A stretch of 64,000 nt of DNA from an uncultured Bacteroidales bacterium (GTDB lineage Bacteria > Bacteroidota > Bacteroidia > Bacteroidales > UBA932). Numbering within the stretch: position 1 is the first letter of the stretch; each line of letters begins with the position of its first letter. Under the pieces are notes generated by a model. That model had not been told where the DNA came from. It made no database searches and saw only the letters and a list, made by a program, of their open reading frames with translations. The stretch lies in the NCBI GenBank assembly GCA_944326305.1, contig CALVDL010000006.1:3538-67537 (forward strand). Direction: 5' to 3'. Below, one piece after another: positions 49,315 through 58,129 of this stretch. A program made the position numbers and the translations under genes.

Positions 49315-50718
49315 TTAACCTATAAAACTTAGAATATCGTCCACCGCACTCTTCGCGAAACTTTTCTGCTCCCCGCTGGAGAGGTTCTTCAGGTTGACAA
49401 TGCCTGCGGACACCTCGTCCGCACCCGTTATTGAAATGAACGGTATCGACTTCCTGTCAGCGTAGTCAAACTGCTTCTTGAGTTTCACCGTGTCAGGGTA
49501 GATCTCGCACGGCACCCCTGCCTCGCGCAACATCCTGGCCACCGGAAGGATATACTTCATTTCAGAGTCACCCATGTTGGCGAAAAGAACTCTCGTGGAC
49601 GATGTCACCTCCTTCGGGAACTTGTCAAGCCCTTTCAGCACGTCATATATCCTGTCCGCACCGAAAGATATACCCACACCGGACATGTCAGGAAGGCCGA
49701 AGATCCCGGTAAGGTTGTCATAGCGTCCTCCGCCGCAGATGCTTCCGATCTGGAAATCCTTGGCCTTGACCTCAAAGATGGCCCCGGTGTAGTAGTTCAG
49801 CCCCCTTGCCAGGGAAAGGTCTATCTCCACTTCCTGGGAGACGCCTGCAGTCTCGACCAGCCCTAAAAGCTCGTCCAGCTCGTCCAGTCCTTTAAGCCCG
49901 GTCTCCGAAACGATTCCTGAGGCGGACCTGCCTGACATAAGCTCCCGCATGGCGGCTATCTTCTCCCTGGTGGAGCCTTTCAGCATGAGCACAGGCTCGA
50001 TGACGGCTACAGCGGCATCCGTGAGTCCTTTCTCCTTCATCTCGGCCTCCACTGCCTCAAGGCCTATCTTGTCTATCTTGTCGATGGCGACAGTGATATC
50101 CACCACCTTGTCAGGGAAACCGCATATCTCGGCAAGCCCTGTGAGTACTTTCCTGTTGTTTATCTTGATGAGCACATCCACCCCGAAGAGGCTGAACACC
50201 CTGTCGGTAATCTGCACAAGCTCCAGCTCATTGACAAGCGATTTCGACCCTATCACATCCACATCGCACTGGTAGAACTCCCTGTAACGTCCCTTCTGCG
50301 GCCTGTCTGCCCTCCATACGGGCTGTATCTGGTATCTCTTGAACGGGAAAGAAATGTCATTCTGGTGCTGAACGACAAAACGCGCGAACGGCACCGTAAG
50401 GTCATACCTGAGGCCCTTCTCGCAGACCTTCAGTGAAAGGGCCTTGCTGTTGTACTCCCTCTCCCCGAGCTGATACTCGCTGAAGTCAATCCCGGAGAAG
50501 GCATCCCCGGAGTTGAGTATCCTGAACAGCAGCTTGTCGCCCTCATCTCCATACTTGCCTAAAAGCGTGCTGAGATTCTCCATCGACGGAGTTTCTATAG
50601 GAGCATAGCCATAGGTCTTGAATACAGACCGTATCGTATCGAAAATATAGTTGCGGGCTGCCATCTCGGCAGGTCCGAAATCCCGCGTCCCCTTGGGGAT
50701 AGAAGGTTTCTGTGCCAT
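49315..50718 (-). CDS. hisS: Histidine--tRNA ligase
   Basis: [53 protein letters not shown]. Confidence 0.98.
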   Translation of the reverse strand: MAQKPSIPKGTRDFGPAEMAARNYIFDTIRSVFKTYGYAPIETPSMENLSTLLGKYGDEGDKLLFRILNSGDAFSGIDFSEYQLGEREYNSKALSLKVCEKGLRYDLTVPFARFVVQHQNDISFPFKRYQIQPVWRADRPQKGRYREFYQCDVDVIGSKSLVNELELVQITDRVFSLFGVDVLIKINNRKVLTGLAEICGFPDKVVDITVAIDKIDKIGLEAVEAEMKEKGLTDAAVAVIEPVLMLKGSTREKIAAMRELMSGRSASGIVSETGLKGLDELDELLGLVETAGVSQEVEIDLSLARGLNYYTGAIFEVKAKDFQIGSICGGGRYDNLTGIFGLPDMSGVGISFGADRIYDVLKGLDKFPKEVTSSTRVLFANMGDSEMKYILPVARMLREAGVPCEIYPDTVKLKKQFDYADRKSIPFISITGADEVSAGIVNLKNLSSGEQKSFAKSAVDDILSFIG

Positions 50719-50782
50719 TTTCTAAACAAGTTTCATTCTCTTGCGCCACACTGGCGAAAGCCGGTGCAAATGTAATAAAAAG

Positions 50783-50820
50783 ATAAAATAAAAGGCATGT
50801 CCCGATAAAGAACATGCCTT
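50783..50820 (-). terminator. Terminator after the small membrane-peptide ORF
   Basis: AAGGCATGT/ACATGCCTT 9-bp stem followed by TTTTATTTT on the minus strand. Confidence 0.75.
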
Positions 50821-50848
50821 AAATTATTTCAGTAATCTCATTTTGAAG

Positions 50849-50938
50849 TTAAGATAGCCAGATGAATGAAGAGAGAACACCGGCCACCAGCAGCAGTGCT
50901 CCGACTCTTTTAACCAGCTCCAGTAAAAATTCTCTCAT
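50849..50938 (-). CDS. Unannotated 29-aa hydrophobic small protein
   Basis: MREFLLELVKRVGALLLVAGVLSSFIWLS*, below the ORF-track cutoff. It has an upstream terminator, its own promoter-like motif, an A/T-rich leader and a downstream terminator. Confidence 0.65.
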   Translation of the reverse strand: MREFLLELVKRVGALLLVAGVLSSFIWLS

Positions 50939-50971
50939 GACAGTACAATTATTAATCAAACAACGCCCTAT

Positions 50972-50999
50972 AGATGCAGGCTCTGCTGAAAACGTTGCA
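50972..50999 (-). promoter_or_regulatory. ECF-like promoter motif, copy 1 (small-protein gene)
   Basis: TGCAACGTT-TTCAGCAGAGCC-TGCATCT, 33 nt upstream of ATG 50938. Confidence 0.7.
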
Positions 51000-51028
51000 C
51001 ACGGCGGAGAGATTTTTCACCCGGACTG

Positions 51029-51058
51029 AAAAAAAATGCCGGATATGCGGACTCCGGC
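51029..51058 (-). terminator. Terminator of the lipoprotein-rSAM-lipoprotein operon
   Basis: GCCGGA-GTCCGCATA-TCCGGC followed by a T run. Confidence 0.8.
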
Positions 51059-51085
51059 GGTGAGAGGAAGACGCGGCCGCGCCCG

Positions 51086-51553
51086 TCACCACTCGCGGAA
51101 CATCTGTATCAGTATTGGTTCCTCGCATATATAAAGACCTGAGAACCATTCATCTGCCAGATTGTCCGACCCCTCGACAAAAGTCAGCGGGACGGTATAA
51201 CGGGCATCATAATAATGGCCCCAGTTCAGCCCGTCATCCATATCCACATCCACAGCGGTGACAACCATGCTGGAAGACGGGGTGAACGTACCATATAGAG
51301 AGAATCTCCCGTCAGGCTGCACATCGGTATAGGTCATGCCCCAATACTGGTCGATGAAATATACCCTGACGCCGGAAAGAGGCTGCCCCAGATCGTCCAC
51401 CACTGTCCCTTCCACTTCAAAATCGGCATAGGGGAAGCCGTATGTCCCGTTGGGGCCGCTCCCGCCGCTGATTTCACAAGAGAGGAGCAGCGGCATGGCA
51501 ACCGCCGCCGCAATCCATGCAGACCTGAATGGCAGGGCTGCCATTATCTTCAT
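51086..51553 (-). CDS. Radical SAM-associated lipoprotein, paralog 2 (TIGR04134-like)
   Basis: Lipobox LLSC, then GTYGFPYADFEVEGTVVD. Start uncertain (51568, 51553 or 51544). Confidence 0.75.
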   Translation of the reverse strand: MKIMAALPFRSAWIAAAVAMPLLLSCEISGGSGPNGTYGFPYADFEVEGTVVDDLGQPLSGVRVYFIDQYWGMTYTDVQPDGRFSLYGTFTPSSSMVVTAVDVDMDDGLNWGHYYDARYTVPLTFVEGSDNLADEWFSGLYICEEPILIQMFREW

Positions 51554-51588
51554 ACAAAATCCTTTCATCATAGTCCCTGTACACCTGT

Positions 51589-52656
51589 TCAGATGATCCT
51601 GTCCATATGGCACAGCATGAGTTCCCCCGCGTCATTCCGCAGATGCATCCCGTTGCCCTCGCAGTAGCGGAACCATCTGCAGCTGCCGCACTTGCCCTTC
51701 TTCATCCATGACCTGTCCCTGTACGGGACAAACCTGTTCTCCCACACGTCTATGAAATCATCCTCATATATGCTCCCCTGATGGTAGTCGCTCCTGATGC
51801 TCGGACAGGCCGAGATGGAGCCGTCTGCAAGCACCGAAGCCACCGAGAGACCGGCCTGGCAGGTATAAAGGTGGTCCCTCACCTTGCCCTCGAACTCCCC
51901 GAGGAAGCCCTCGCACCCGTAGCTTGGTATTATCCGCCCCTCCTTCCTTGTCCTGGATATGAATTCCATAAGCCCCCTGAACCGCTCTCTGTCAAGCTGC
52001 AGGTCCGGGTCTGAAGCCGCCCTCCCGGCCGGGAAGACAGTGAAAAGTCTCCATTGCCGCAGCCCGAGAGAGATCAGGTAATCCCTGAACTCAGCCAGGG
52101 TCCCGTAGTTCCTGTTGTTCACACAAGTGACCACATCGAATTCCACGGAGCTCTCCGCGGCAAGTATCCTTACTGCTTCTTCCGCATGCCTGAAACTGCC
52201 GGGGACACCGCGCATCCAGTCGTGGTCCTGCATGAACCCGTCCAGGCTCACAGTAGCGGAATGGAGTCCGGCGCGAAGCAGGGATTCTATCTTGCCCGGT
52301 GTCATGAGCATGCCGTTGGAGACCAGTCCCCACGGGAACTCCATGCCGTATATCTCCCTGCCGCACTTTTCCAGGTCCTTGCGCATGAGAGGTTCCCCGC
52401 CGGTCAGGATGACCATGATATGGTGCGGGTCATACCGTTCCTTGATACGTGCAAGGACTTTGCGGAAATCCTCAAACGGCATGTCCGGCCCGACGGATGA
52501 TATATGGCAGTCACTGCCGCAGTGGCGGCAGTGCAGATTGCAGCGCAGGGTGCACTCCCAGAACAGCTGGCGCAGAGGATGTTTCTCCTGCTGCTCCTTT
52601 ATCAGCTGGCGGTGGAGCTCAAGTGCCAGACGCTGTTTAAGTGAAATACCTGTCAT
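51589..52656 (-). CDS. Radical SAM/SPASM protein (TIGR04133-like rSAM/lipoprotein system)
   Basis: WECTLRCNLHCRHC (CxxxCxxC), TGGEPL, SPASM cysteines CQAG..GSISACPS..CGSCRWFRYCEG..LC. Confidence 0.88.
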   Translation of the reverse strand: MTGISLKQRLALELHRQLIKEQQEKHPLRQLFWECTLRCNLHCRHCGSDCHISSVGPDMPFEDFRKVLARIKERYDPHHIMVILTGGEPLMRKDLEKCGREIYGMEFPWGLVSNGMLMTPGKIESLLRAGLHSATVSLDGFMQDHDWMRGVPGSFRHAEEAVRILAAESSVEFDVVTCVNNRNYGTLAEFRDYLISLGLRQWRLFTVFPAGRAASDPDLQLDRERFRGLMEFISRTRKEGRIIPSYGCEGFLGEFEGKVRDHLYTCQAGLSVASVLADGSISACPSIRSDYHQGSIYEDDFIDVWENRFVPYRDRSWMKKGKCGSCRWFRYCEGNGMHLRNDAGELMLCHMDRII

Positions 52657-52708
52657 CCGGAAGAAAGAACTTTAAGAAGCCGTTTGGACTTTTCGGTGAC
52701 GTCCAGGT

Positions 52709-53164
52709 CTACCAGTCAGAGCTGATATCACGTGTAACCGTAACCTCTACATCCCCGGCACTGAACATGCCGGAGTACCATCCTTCACCATCCGACACAT
52801 GCTCCAGAGAGACAGAGACGGTCACCGTCTGGAAAAGACCTCCGTTCTCCTCCTGGTCAGTGTCCTCCACTTTAACCAGGACCGACTCCGAAGGGAAGAA
52901 CGAGCCTGAAAGGGAAAAACGGCCCTCGGCATCGGTAGTCCCGGTCACGACCGGTTGCGGATTGCCGTTCTGCTCCATGGCAGACACTTTCAGTCCCTGA
53001 ACCGGCTGCGAAAGTTCGGCATCCACAACCTTTCCCTTGACTTCAAAGTCCGCATACGGTGATCCGTATTCCTCCCGCGCTATAAAAGGAGAATTGCAGC
53101 CTACGGCAGAGAACCCGAGAAGAGTAAGCAGGCATTTACAGATACTTGTGATAAAAGATTTCAT
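52709..53164 (-). CDS. Radical SAM-associated lipoprotein, paralog 1 (TIGR04134-like)
   Basis: MKSFITSICKCLLTLLGFSAVGC lipobox, then EEYGSPYADFEVKGKVVD..VKVEDTDQEENGG. Confidence 0.85.
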   Translation of the reverse strand: MKSFITSICKCLLTLLGFSAVGCNSPFIAREEYGSPYADFEVKGKVVDAELSQPVQGLKVSAMEQNGNPQPVVTGTTDAEGRFSLSGSFFPSESVLVKVEDTDQEENGGLFQTVTVSVSLEHVSDGEGWYSGMFSAGDVEVTVTRDISSDW

Positions 53165-53192
53165 AATCAATCATTTTGGCTAGACAGCCGGA

Positions 53193-53220
53193 AGATGCAA
53201 GAAAGGGAATGAACGTTGCA
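53193..53220 (-). promoter_or_regulatory. ECF-like promoter motif, copy 2 (rSAM/lipoprotein operon)
   Basis: TGCAACGTT-CATTCCCTTTCT-TGCATCT, 28 nt upstream of ATG 53164. Arms and spacing are identical to copy 1. Confidence 0.7.
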
Positions 53221-53225
53221 TCACA

Positions 53226-54611
53226 TCACAACCCTTTGATATACCTGTCAATGGCTGCAGCCGCCTTCCTTCCAGCCCCCATTGCAAGAATGACTGTGGC
53301 CGCACCGGTGACGGCGTCGCCCCCGGCAAATACCCCCGGGCGGGATGTTACCCCGTCCCCGTCCGCCACTATACAGCCTCTCCTGTCTGTCTCCAGTCCA
53401 TGTGTAGTCCTGGCTATCAGAGGGTTGGGAGAAGTTCCAAGGGCCATGATCACAGAATCCGCCTCTATCTCGAATTCTGACCCTGGAACAGGGACGGGCG
53501 AGCGTCTTCCGCTTCCGTCAGGTTCACCGAGCTCCATCCTTATGCACCTGATTCCGCGGACCCAGCCTTTTTCGTCACCGAGAATCTCCACGGGATTGGT
53601 AAGCATGGAGAATGTGATGCCCTCCTCCATTGCGTGGTGGACTTCCTCCCTGCGGGCCGGAAGCTCCTTCTCTGTCCTGCGGTACACTATCGTGGTCTCC
53701 GCGCCGAGCCTGAGTGCGGTGCGGGCGGCGTCCATGGCCACATTGCCACCGCCGACAACGACCACCCTGTGCCCCGTATATACCGGGGTCATATAGTCAT
53801 CGCGGTATGCTTTCATGAGGTTGTTCCTGGTGAGGAACTCGTTGGCGGAGAACACCCCGTTCAGATTCTCGCCGGGTATGCCCATGAAGCGCGGAAGGCC
53901 CGCACCGGAACCGACGAACACGGCGGAGAACCCCTCATTGTCCAGAAGGGAGTCTACCGTGACAGTCCGGCCGACGACCACATCCGTCTCTATCTTCACG
54001 CCCAGGGCCTTCACCGAACCTATCTCCGCAGCCACGACCTTCTCCTTGGGAAGCCTGAACTCGGGAATCCCGTATTCCAGGACTCCGCCTGCCTTGTGCA
54101 GGGCTTCGAACACAGTCACTTCATATCCCATCTTGGCCAGGTCGCTGGCACACGCCAGACCTGAAGGGCCGCTGCCCACAACCGCCACCTTGTATCCGTT
54201 TGACGGGGCTTTCACGGCACCCTGGCTGCCGTTGGCCATGTTCCAGTCAGCCACGAAGCGCTCCAGCTTCCCTATCGCCACAGGCTCCCCTTTCACCCCG
54301 AGGATGCAGCTGCCTTCGCACTGTGTCTCCTGAGGGCATACCCTCCCGCATACTGCAGGGAGGGACGAGTCCCTGGCTATCACGGCAGAGGCCCCGGCGA
54401 AATCACCCGCAGCCACATGCGCTATGAATTCAGGTATGCTTACATTCACAGGACAGGCTGAAACGCAGCGCGGATTCTTGCAATGCAGGCACCTGGACGC
54501 TTCCAGCAAAGCCTCCTTTTCATTGTATCCATAGCATACCTCATCGAAATTCGAGGCCCTTGTCACAGGGTCCTGCTCCCTTACCGGGACCCTGGGTATC
54601 CTGTTTGCCAT
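53226..54611 (-). CDS. nfnB: NfnB-like large subunit (GltD/GltA-homologous NADPH flavo-iron-sulfur protein)
   Basis: EASRCLHCKNPRCVSACP, CGRVCPQETQCE, GSGPSG, GVLEYGIPEFRLP, GGGNVAMDAAR and AGGDAVTGAATV motifs. No glutamate synthase large subunit nearby. Confidence 0.8.
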   Translation of the reverse strand: MANRIPRVPVREQDPVTRASNFDEVCYGYNEKEALLEASRCLHCKNPRCVSACPVNVSIPEFIAHVAAGDFAGASAVIARDSSLPAVCGRVCPQETQCEGSCILGVKGEPVAIGKLERFVADWNMANGSQGAVKAPSNGYKVAVVGSGPSGLACASDLAKMGYEVTVFEALHKAGGVLEYGIPEFRLPKEKVVAAEIGSVKALGVKIETDVVVGRTVTVDSLLDNEGFSAVFVGSGAGLPRFMGIPGENLNGVFSANEFLTRNNLMKAYRDDYMTPVYTGHRVVVVGGGNVAMDAARTALRLGAETTIVYRRTEKELPARREEVHHAMEEGITFSMLTNPVEILGDEKGWVRGIRCIRMELGEPDGSGRRSPVPVPGSEFEIEADSVIMALGTSPNPLIARTTHGLETDRRGCIVADGDGVTSRPGVFAGGDAVTGAATVILAMGAGRKAAAAIDRYIKGL

Positions 54612-55480
54612 TATCTTCCCCTCCCTATCTTACATTCATGTTCATATCTTTCTTCCGCATCATGCTCCTGGGTCCTGTACATCCCCTGCCGGCGCATTGC
54701 CTCGTCGAAATCCACCTCATATCCGTCAAATTCAGGACCTTCGACACAGGCGAACCTGGTCTTTCCCCCGACAGTCACCCTGCATGCCCCGCACATCCCG
54801 GTCCCGTCCACCATGAGAGTGTTCAGGCTCACCGTCACCGGTATCCCGAGCTTCTTCGCACTGAGCGAGGCAAATTTCATCATTATCATAGGCCCGATAG
54901 CCACCGCCCTTGTATAACTGTTGCCGTCTTCAAGCACAAGTTTCTCGAAAAGTCCGGTCACCATGCCGTGGAAGCCTTCAGAGCCGTCGTCTGTGCAGAT
55001 ATAAAGGTGGTCGCACACGGAGGCCATCTCGTCCTTGTAGATAAGCAGGCCGGAGTTCTTGGCCCCGATGATCACATCCACAGGCACGCCCATGCCATGC
55101 AGATACTTCACCTGCGGGTAGACAGGTGCGGTGCCGACGCCTCCCGCTATGAAGATGTACCTCTGGCCGGAAAGCTCCCCGCGGGTCATCCCGGTGAAAT
55201 CAGAAGGCATCCCGAGAGGCCCTACCACATCGCTGAATGAATCCCCTTCCCCGAAAGAGCATATCTCGGATGTGGAGGCACCTATTTTCTGCGTCACAAT
55301 GGTGACTGTACCCTGCTCCCTGTCATAGTCGCTGACAGTGAGCGGGATGCGTTCGCCGTGCTCATCCGGACGGATGATCAGGAACTGCCCCGGCAATGCC
55401 GACTGGGCAAGTCTTGGAGCCCGTACTTTCATCCGGCATATGGCCGGAGTAAGCATTTCCTTTGAAACTATCTCGAACAT
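54611..55480 (-). CDS. nfnA: NfnA-like small subunit (PyrK/SudB-like FAD/2Fe-2S protein)
   Basis: PGQFLII, ERIPLT, GGVGTAP, IGPMIMMK and MVDGTGMCGACRV..CVEGPEFD motifs. Its TAA overlaps the nfnB ATG. Confidence 0.82.
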   Translation of the reverse strand: MFEIVSKEMLTPAICRMKVRAPRLAQSALPGQFLIIRPDEHGERIPLTVSDYDREQGTVTIVTQKIGASTSEICSFGEGDSFSDVVGPLGMPSDFTGMTRGELSGQRYIFIAGGVGTAPVYPQVKYLHGMGVPVDVIIGAKNSGLLIYKDEMASVCDHLYICTDDGSEGFHGMVTGLFEKLVLEDGNSYTRAVAIGPMIMMKFASLSAKKLGIPVTVSLNTLMVDGTGMCGACRVTVGGKTRFACVEGPEFDGYEVDFDEAMRRQGMYRTQEHDAEERYEHECKIGRGR

Positions 55481-55499
55481 CAGTATCCCCTTATTTTTA

Positions 55500-55856
55500 T
55501 TATGCTTGAGTTTCTTTCACGGCTTCATAGCCGAGATCCGCCAGGGCCTCGGCAAGCCTTGCCTCATCAGTCCTGGACGCATCATAGGTGATCTTCACTG
55601 TCTTGTCCTCAAGAGATATCTCGAGCCCCTTGACCCCTTTTTCGAACGAGATGTTCTCCCGGATCTTCTTCACACAGTTCCCGCAATGCATATTCACCTT
55701 GAATGTCACCTCCTTGAGCTCTTTCTTCGGTCGTGACTCCGAAACGGATGCGTACACGCTCCCATTTTGCTCGGCATTGTCCGCAGGCATACCCCACATG
55801 GAGACAGCACCGGCCGCCAATACGGCGCACATAATCAGTATCTTTTTCATTTCCAT
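55500..55856 (-). CDS. Secreted heavy-metal-associated (HMA) domain protein
   Basis: Signal peptide then VTFKVNMHCGNCVKKI (MxCxxC). Confidence 0.88.
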   Translation of the reverse strand: MEMKKILIMCAVLAAGAVSMWGMPADNAEQNGSVYASVSESRPKKELKEVTFKVNMHCGNCVKKIRENISFEKGVKGLEISLEDKTVKITYDASRTDEARLAEALADLGYEAVKETQA

Positions 55857-55870
55857 TGGATTGTTTCCTC

Positions 55871-58006
55871 CTATCTGTTTTTCTTCCACAGAGTGAACCG
55901 CACTCCGGCATAGAACTTCACGCCCATCAGAGGCCCCCATATTGCACTGGCATCGAACGAAGCCTGGTGAGCGTTCACAAACCCGTCGGCATCCTTTGCT
56001 CCCGCTATGGCGTATTTCTGTCTGAAATTGGTGAGGTTCTCCCCTCCAATATAGATGTCCACTCCCTTGAACCGCCTGGTCACCTGGGCATAAAGCATTG
56101 GATATACAGGGGTATGCCCGTCAGGATAGAGAAGATTGCCGTCTTTGTCAGTAAGGGTCTCCATGAAACTGTACACCCTGGACGGGCCGTTGACGGACGC
56201 GGTGAAGTCGAATATCCACTTGTCCAGCCTGGTGGCATACTGGAGATTCAGCACGCCCTTGTATTTGCCGGTCATAGGCTTGTCTGCCAGCCCTCTGTCC
56301 TTCAGTTCTATCTTTGCCTCCGTATAACGGAATGTGGCCGCAACAGTGAACCTTTCAAAAGGCTCCACATTGAAGTCTATCTGGTAATTGTCCGTATATG
56401 ACCTGCGTCCGTCAAGGGCATAGAAGTCTATGACATTCTGCTCGTGTTCATAGTCCACGACCATCTGCTGGCCGAACATGGTGTGGAAATAGTCGAAACT
56501 TATATAGGTATTGTCCGAGGCCCCGAACGGAAGGTAATACGTAATGTTTCCCCCGTATGTCCAGGAGTCCTCCAGAAGATGGTCACCGTAGATACCCTTG
56601 AACGCCTTTCCGGTTGAGAACACCCCTATATTGTCCACAAGAGGCATCGAATACCTGAGGCCGCGGCCCCCGTTCAGCCTCAAGGTCACCTGCTCTGCAG
56701 GGGAATACTTTATTGTAGCCCTCGGAGAAAACTTGAATCCGTCCCGGTTGTACCACTCACCGCGCGCACCTGCTATTGCAGTGAATTTCTCGCCGCAGCT
56801 GAATGTATATTCTCCGAATATGCCGGCGTTGAAAAGGTCAGTGGTCCCGCTTTTCTCCGAATGGGCGTATGCAGGGTCCGGGTAGAATACCGTCCTGCTG
56901 AAATCCTCGTCAAGCCTGTCATACATCGAGCCCAGTCCCACAGTGAGCTTGTGCGAATCACTTATGTCATACTGGTACAGGAGATTGAAGAATCCGGAAT
57001 GCTGACGCCCCATATATTCGGTCGACCCGAACCACGAATCCATATCGTACAAGGTATAATCCGCCACCACAGCGATGTTCTGTGAATTGTCAGAGGCAAG
57101 CGGTATGCCTACCTTGACATATCCGTTCAACGAGCGGTTCCGTATGTCGGAGCCCCAGGGACTGGATATATTGTCCAGGCGGTATTCTGAACGGTCGTAT
57201 CCCGGCTGACCTCCCTGCCTGGAATCCTGCAGGGCCTTTATCCCGAAACGGACCTGCACACCGCTGTCAGCATAATAGAGCCACCTGTTGGCAAGGTTGA
57301 ACTGCAGCATTTCCGGTTCATCCAGATATCCGTCATGGTTGTGGTCGAAACTCTTGATGTTGCCCGAGGCGTGGGCAAGGACAACAGTACTCCAACTGCG
57401 GCCCATCTGGAGCGAGGACGCGAGGTTGAAGTCCATCTTGGTGTCGCTCATCACGGAAGCGTTCAGGAAAAGAGGCTTCTCGTCCGTAGGCTTGCGGTGC
57501 TCCATGTTTATCTGCCCGGTCATGGACTCCACGCCGTTGATGACGGAGGAGGCTCCTTTGGCTATCTGGATGCTCTCGAGCCACTGACCCGGGACATATG
57601 CCAGCCCGAACGGGGCAGCGAGACCGCGCATCACAGGACGGTTCTCGTCAAGCATCTGCGTATACACGCCCGAAAGGCCCAGAAGACGGATCTGCCGTGC
57701 GCCTGTGACCGCGTCAGAATACCCTACAGTCACGCTTGCCGAATTCTCGAAGCTTTCCGCAAGGTTGCAGCATGCCATCTTGTGCAGCCCGGCGGATGAT
57801 ATGACCTCGGTCCTTATCGGAGAGCCTTTCTTCAGGAAATTCCCGTCCTGGCGATATACAGACACCGCAGCATCAAGACTGTCCTGCCGTTCCCCGTAAA
57901 GCCCCGAAGTATCCGCCACAGCTGCCTGGCCGCGCATATCGACACACAGTCCCAAAAAGCATCCAACAACAGGGAATATATAACGTATATATTTTATTAT
58001 CTTCAT
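55871..58006 (-). CDS. TonB-dependent receptor (non-SusC type, usually HMA-associated)
   Basis: Plug KMACCNLAESFENSASV, IQIAKGASSVING..TGQIN, C-terminal WGPLMGVKFYAGVRF. ATG at 58006 preferred. Confidence 0.88.
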   Translation of the reverse strand: MKIIKYIRYIFPVVGCFLGLCVDMRGQAAVADTSGLYGERQDSLDAAVSVYRQDGNFLKKGSPIRTEVISSAGLHKMACCNLAESFENSASVTVGYSDAVTGARQIRLLGLSGVYTQMLDENRPVMRGLAAPFGLAYVPGQWLESIQIAKGASSVINGVESMTGQINMEHRKPTDEKPLFLNASVMSDTKMDFNLASSLQMGRSWSTVVLAHASGNIKSFDHNHDGYLDEPEMLQFNLANRWLYYADSGVQVRFGIKALQDSRQGGQPGYDRSEYRLDNISSPWGSDIRNRSLNGYVKVGIPLASDNSQNIAVVADYTLYDMDSWFGSTEYMGRQHSGFFNLLYQYDISDSHKLTVGLGSMYDRLDEDFSRTVFYPDPAYAHSEKSGTTDLFNAGIFGEYTFSCGEKFTAIAGARGEWYNRDGFKFSPRATIKYSPAEQVTLRLNGGRGLRYSMPLVDNIGVFSTGKAFKGIYGDHLLEDSWTYGGNITYYLPFGASDNTYISFDYFHTMFGQQMVVDYEHEQNVIDFYALDGRRSYTDNYQIDFNVEPFERFTVAATFRYTEAKIELKDRGLADKPMTGKYKGVLNLQYATRLDKWIFDFTASVNGPSRVYSFMETLTDKDGNLLYPDGHTPVYPMLYAQVTRRFKGVDIYIGGENLTNFRQKYAIAGAKDADGFVNAHQASFDASAIWGPLMGVKFYAGVRFTLWKKNR

Positions 58007-58027
58007 ATTAACCTGATGCAAAATGTA

Positions 58028-58074
58028 CAAAAGTAATAAATTTTACGGAGATACGATTTTTTTTCGTAACTTTG
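58028..58074. promoter_or_regulatory. Divergent -7 elements for the TBDR (minus) and sppA (plus)
   Basis: TACTTTTG on minus at 58028-58035 and TAACTTTG on plus at 58067-58074. Confidence 0.55.
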
Positions 58075-58129
58075 GATGATTACCGTTTTTTTCATCCGGA
58101 CTATTTCAATCAATATTAAAAGACTAAAT

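Noticed and set aside
50952-51149. 65-aa minus-strand ORF after lipoprotein 2
   Set aside because: It runs through an intrinsic terminator and the promoter motif, and has no protein-like features.
51589-52656. rSAM/SPASM as the anaerobic sulfatase maturase for the Ser-type sulfatase at 29 kb
   Set aside because: It lacks the anSME-type N-terminal KPxG..CNLxCxYC motif, is 21 kb away and sits in a lipoprotein operon typical of the TIGR04133-like family.
53226-54611. Glutamate synthase small subunit (gltD)
   Set aside because: There is no gltB next to it, and coupling to a PyrK-like gene fits nfnAB better.
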